Assembly (NCBI GenBank): GCA_045837725.1
Contig: JBEWZL010000132.1
Coordinates: 186,001 to 250,000 of the forward strand
DNA: 64,000 nt
Direction of reading: 5' to 3'
Source: Vermamoeba vermiformis
Lineage: Eukaryota
In this document: positions 62,265 through 64,000 of the stretch, piece after piece
How the letters are laid out: each line of letters starts with the position of its first letter
How positions within the stretch are numbered: the stretch's first letter is position 1
Notes under the pieces: model-generated
The model's database searches: none
The model's input: the letters and a program-made list of their open reading frames with translations, nothing else
What the model was told of the DNA's origin: nothing
Program-made: the position numbers and the translations under genes

Positions 62265-62688
62265 TTATCCTTCTCGCCACTGATAATTGCATCCACTATC
62301 AGCGCATTTATAGAATAATGTTGCCGGTTCGTCTGCTGACCGGATTTGCATCTCGAAATAGTAGGCCTTTAGCTTTCCGCACCGCGGGCAGCGAGCTGCA
62401 AAAAAAATATTTTAGAATTATCGCCGATATACATATACATAAAATAGCCATATAATAATTTTAACTGATTATTATGAATTATTATTTGCTTCTCCTACCT
62501 TGCGAATCTATATTCTCCCATGTACGTTGGGCTTGAACCTCGTCAGCCTTCTTTCTCTCCAAATAAGTTTTTTTACTCATGCGCTTTCTAATATCGAATG
62601 TGTAGGGACATGTTGGGCAGTACCATCGCGATCCAACACCATCCGTTTCAACCATCAAAAGGTTTGAACAACGCGGACAAAACAGCAT
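62265..62688 (-). CDS. POLR3K: RNA polymerase III subunit RPC11
   Basis: MLFCPRCSNLL, CPTCPY, CPRC and QIRSADEP..FYKC..C.YQWRE. Confidence 0.95.
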
Positions 62689-62887
62689 TATGAAGAGTAT
62701 ATATTACAAGTACCGTGGTCGACTATATTTACATACCGGTAACAGCTGATTACGCTATTTTTCTCGGGACTAAACTAGAGCTTTTCCTCCCAGCAAAATA
62801 TCGGGGAGGCAGGCGTGAAATTTTTTCAAAGTCAGTAAAACTGGTGATGTGGCTCTATTCTCTCTTGTAGTAACATTAATTAGCACG

Positions 62888-64000
62888 ATGGCCTTGAGAT
62901 CTTTTGGACGCGGTTCTAACATTCACACTGCTTTCACGCCCTCTCAACAGGCCTCGCAAGTCATCCAAAACTTGCACACGCAGATTCAACAAAAGAAAGT
63001 TAAAATTGTATGTAATAATTTAGAATATCGCTGTATTATGCAGAATTAATATTTACAATAATTTAGCTTGAGTTAGAACGTGTGATCGAACAAAAAACAA
63101 GAGAGAAAGAAGGTTTTGCAGCAACACTTCGTGTCATTAAACGCGAATTAGATGAAATTAATCAGAAAAAATCTAAAATCGTGGAAGAGAAGAATGACTG
63201 GCAACAACAAGCTGATACATTGACGCAACAACGAGATCAGTTGGTAATAAAAAATTCCGTTTTATTTTTTAAATTTACAAAAAATCGAACTAAATATCAA
63301 CCAAATTTTTTTTATCGAGCACCACGTGCTGACTATGTTTATTAGAATGCCAAAGTTGAGGCTCAAAAAACGGATCAAGGCATCCAAGGCAGCGTTCAAG
63401 GTCGTTACGATTCTGTCGTCAAGAGACTCAAGTAAGTGCACGAAAACAACTATTTTCAGACACATTTGTATTAACTTAACAATGGTAAGGCAATTGGATG
63501 CAGATCTGTCAACCTCGCACAACAACCCCTCAAAGGAGCGCGATATTCAATTAGAAATCAAGAAATTGAATGCCACTAAAGTGCACCTTAAGTGAGTACC
63601 AATGAATCAGCTAGATTACGCGAGCATTTATCTGACTGAATTGACAGGGAGCTCGAAGAGTTGGTGCAACAAGTGCGCCGCATGAAGAGTGAGGGTGACA
63701 AGTTGCAAGACAAGATTGACGTAAGTGCACTATTGACATTATCTAGGGACCCAGTTCTCATTATTGCGTGAAAAGAAACTTGCCGAAGATATCAAGCAGC
63801 TGACCGACAAAGAGAAGAAGAAGCAAAATGAGGTCAAAGAACTCGAGACCAATATCAGCGCCATTGATCGCACTGATCTCGAGCCTCGTCAAAAAGAATT
63901 GGGTCTGTTGCAGCTCGAAGTCGAAAAACACCATCAAGACCTCGCGCAAAAGAAAGAAGAACTCGACACTGAAAAGCAGTCGTTCTATCAAAAACAACAA
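62888..64000 (+). CDS. Coiled-coil protein, truncated by the window end
   Basis: Spliced exons rich in E/K/Q heptads; no family recognised. Confidence 0.7.

Noticed and set aside
1-64000. Stop-codon reassignment as an explanation for fragmented ORFs
   Set aside because: The breaks I traced are explained by GT-AG introns, apart from the NOT4 frame break; TAA, TAG and TGA all end genes.

Overview
Gene-dense, intron-rich nuclear DNA from a eukaryotic microbe. It is probably a free-living protist, possibly an amoebozoan; this is an inference from short GT-AG introns, a Skp1-type GlcNAc transferase and a 3R-Myb. About 31 protein-coding genes were reconstructed by hand across introns, including UBA5, ADI1, Sec3, MetAP1D, 3R-Myb, Vps39-like, NOT4, POP4, seipin, PPIH, ESF2, TRAPPC9, MLH1, RPL18, Rab21, Pumilio and RPC11. 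The window also holds one non-autonomous TIR element with an 8-bp target-site duplication and one CpG-depleted insertion. The most unusual signal is that gene bodies, both exons and introns, are saturated with transcription-factor-like palindromes (CACGTG/TGACACGTGTCA, CC(A/T)6GG, CTA(A/T)4TAG, CAGATCTG), apparently enough to bias codon choice. Other highlights are a mitochondrial-type microprotein with duplicated alternative terminal exons (DDDGT*/DDDGV*), several unusual fusions (ADI1-TRP14, cytochrome b5 plus His-rich membrane domain, DEP-Sec3, UBL-UBA-UBR), a frame break in NOT4, two likely pseudoenzymes and a U12-type intron. Gene spans include introns. All counts are hand tallies and all family calls come from motif recognition, not database searches.
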